64,000 nucleotides of DNA from assembly GCA_045646945.1 (NCBI GenBank), contig JAZRLS010000017.1, positions 4,201 through 68,200 on the forward strand. The letters are read 5' to 3'. This document shows positions 63,101-64,000 of the stretch, piece after piece. The position numbers and the translations under genes are program-made. The notes beneath the pieces are model-generated. The model was not told the origin of the DNA. It was given only the letters and a program-made list of their open reading frames with translations, and searched no databases. This stretch comes from Eubacteriales bacterium (GTDB lineage: Bacteria; Bacillota; Clostridia; Oscillospirales; CAG-272). How positions within the stretch are numbered: the first letter of the stretch is position 1; each line of letters opens with the position of its first letter.

Positions 63101-64000
63101 ATGGCAGAAATTGCAAGCAATTTTATTCACGAAATCATCGACGGCGACCTTGCCGTAACCCCCGATCTGAAAATTCACACGCGTTTTCCTCCCGAACCGA
63201 ACGGCTACTTGCACATCGGCTCGGTCAAGGCAATCTGCATCAACACCGACGTTGCCAATAAGTACACGGGACTTTTCAATCTCCGCTACGACGACACCAA
63301 CCCCGCCAAGGAGAGCGACGAGTTCGTCCGCTCTATCCGTGAGGACCTCGAATGGCTGGGTGCGACCCCCACGGGCGGCGTGTTCTACGGCTCGGATTAT
63401 TTCGGCAAGTGCTATGAGTTTGCCGTTCAGCTGATCAAGCAGGGTGACGCGTACGTCTGCGATCTTTCCAAGGACGACCTTGCCGACTACAAGGGAACCG
63501 ACCGTTCGATCGCATCCAAGGAATCCCCCTACCGCAACCGCTCGGTCGAGGAAAACCTCGATCTCTTTGAGAGAATGAAGAACGGCGAGTTCGAGGACGG
63601 CGCAAGAACGCTCCGTGCCAAAATCGATCCGTCAAGCGACAACCCCTATCTTCGTGACCCTGTCATTTACCGAATCAAGCATATTCACCACCACCGTCAG
63701 GGCGACGAATGGTGCGTTTACCCGATGTACGACTTCGCGCACCCCATTCAGGACGCACTCGAGGGCATCACGCACTCGCTGTGCTCCAGCGAATTCCGTA
63801 ACCACCGTCCGCTCTACGACTGGGTCGTGGACAAGATCGGATTTGCTCAGAAGCCCCATCAGTGGGAATTCGGACGTATGAACATCACCTACACGGTTAT
63901 GTCCAAGCGTTACCTCCGTCAGCTGGTCGAGGAAAACTACGTGGACGGCTGGGACGACCCCCGTCTGCCCACGCTGTGCGGTCTGCGCCGCCGCGGCTAT
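63101..64000 (+). CDS. glnS: Glutamine--tRNA ligase, N-terminal 300 aa (runs off the right edge)
   Basis: Hand translation from ATG 63101 gives [13 protein letters not shown]...[15 protein letters not shown]...LRYDDTNP...YPMYDFAHP...TVMSKR. Not in the ORF track because no stop lies within the window. Confidence 0.9.
   Translation, partial: MAEIASNFIHEIIDGDLAVTPDLKIHTRFPPEPNGYLHIGSVKAICINTDVANKYTGLFNLRYDDTNPAKESDEFVRSIREDLEWLGATPTGGVFYGSDYFGKCYEFAVQLIKQGDAYVCDLSKDDLADYKGTDRSIASKESPYRNRSVEENLDLFERMKNGEFEDGARTLRAKIDPSSDNPYLRDPVIYRIKHIHHHRQGDEWCVYPMYDFAHPIQDALEGITHSLCSSEFRNHRPLYDWVVDKIGFAQKPHQWEFGRMNITYTVMSKRYLRQLVEENYVDGWDDPRLPTLCGLRRRGY

Noticed and set aside
61854-63116. 420-aa minus-strand ORF overlapping gltX.
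   Set aside because: It is antisense to a clear class I aminoacyl-tRNA synthetase. It has no RBS and no domain features.

Overview
The window reads as chromosomal DNA from a fairly GC-rich, Gram-positive-type anaerobe, probably Clostridia. Supporting signs are GGAGG ribosome-binding sites, sigma-A TTGACA/TATAAT promoters, an rnfCDGEAB operon, a CIRCE operator and ComEC/RqcH. I support about 60 coding genes, most on the minus strand.

From left to right:
- A two-component system plus two tandem copies of a LanF-like ABC ATPase/ABC-2 permease module.
- A three-gene operon of secreted proteins, including a 1237-aa giant.
- A CDF metal exporter.
- A TPR/DUF4037 pair.
- A 15-gene, roughly 16 kb Wzx/Wzy polysaccharide operon that looks AT-rich by eye. 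It includes fnlABC, wecB, a pyruvyl transferase, a TagF-like enzyme and a PglC-like initiating transferase.
- A GNAT/DUF2156/unknown trio, then carD-like and YhaO/YhaN-like (SbcD/SbcC-like) genes.
- A small accessory patch (amidase domain, SLOG/DUF2493, XRE).
- rnfCDGEAB followed by an EEP nuclease-family gene, then ribF and CIRCE-hsp20.
- A surface-lipoprotein operon (CE2-like esterase plus BspA-type LRR protein).
- Housekeeping genes: G1P dehydrogenase-like, rqcH, HAD, coaW, comEC, MBL, gltX, glnS.

I saw no rRNA, tRNA, CRISPR array, transposase or integrase.

The observations most worth follow-up:
1. The TasA/SipW-motif three-gene operon at 7351..12754 is the best candidate for an undescribed fibre or adhesin system.
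2. A G11 tract fills the spacer between perfect -35 and -10 hexamers upstream of the surface-lipoprotein operon, which suggests a phase-variable promoter.
3. A multi-hairpin intergenic repeat is present twice, with three compensatory base-pair changes between the copies.

All domain calls rest on motif recognition by eye. No database search or computation was run.
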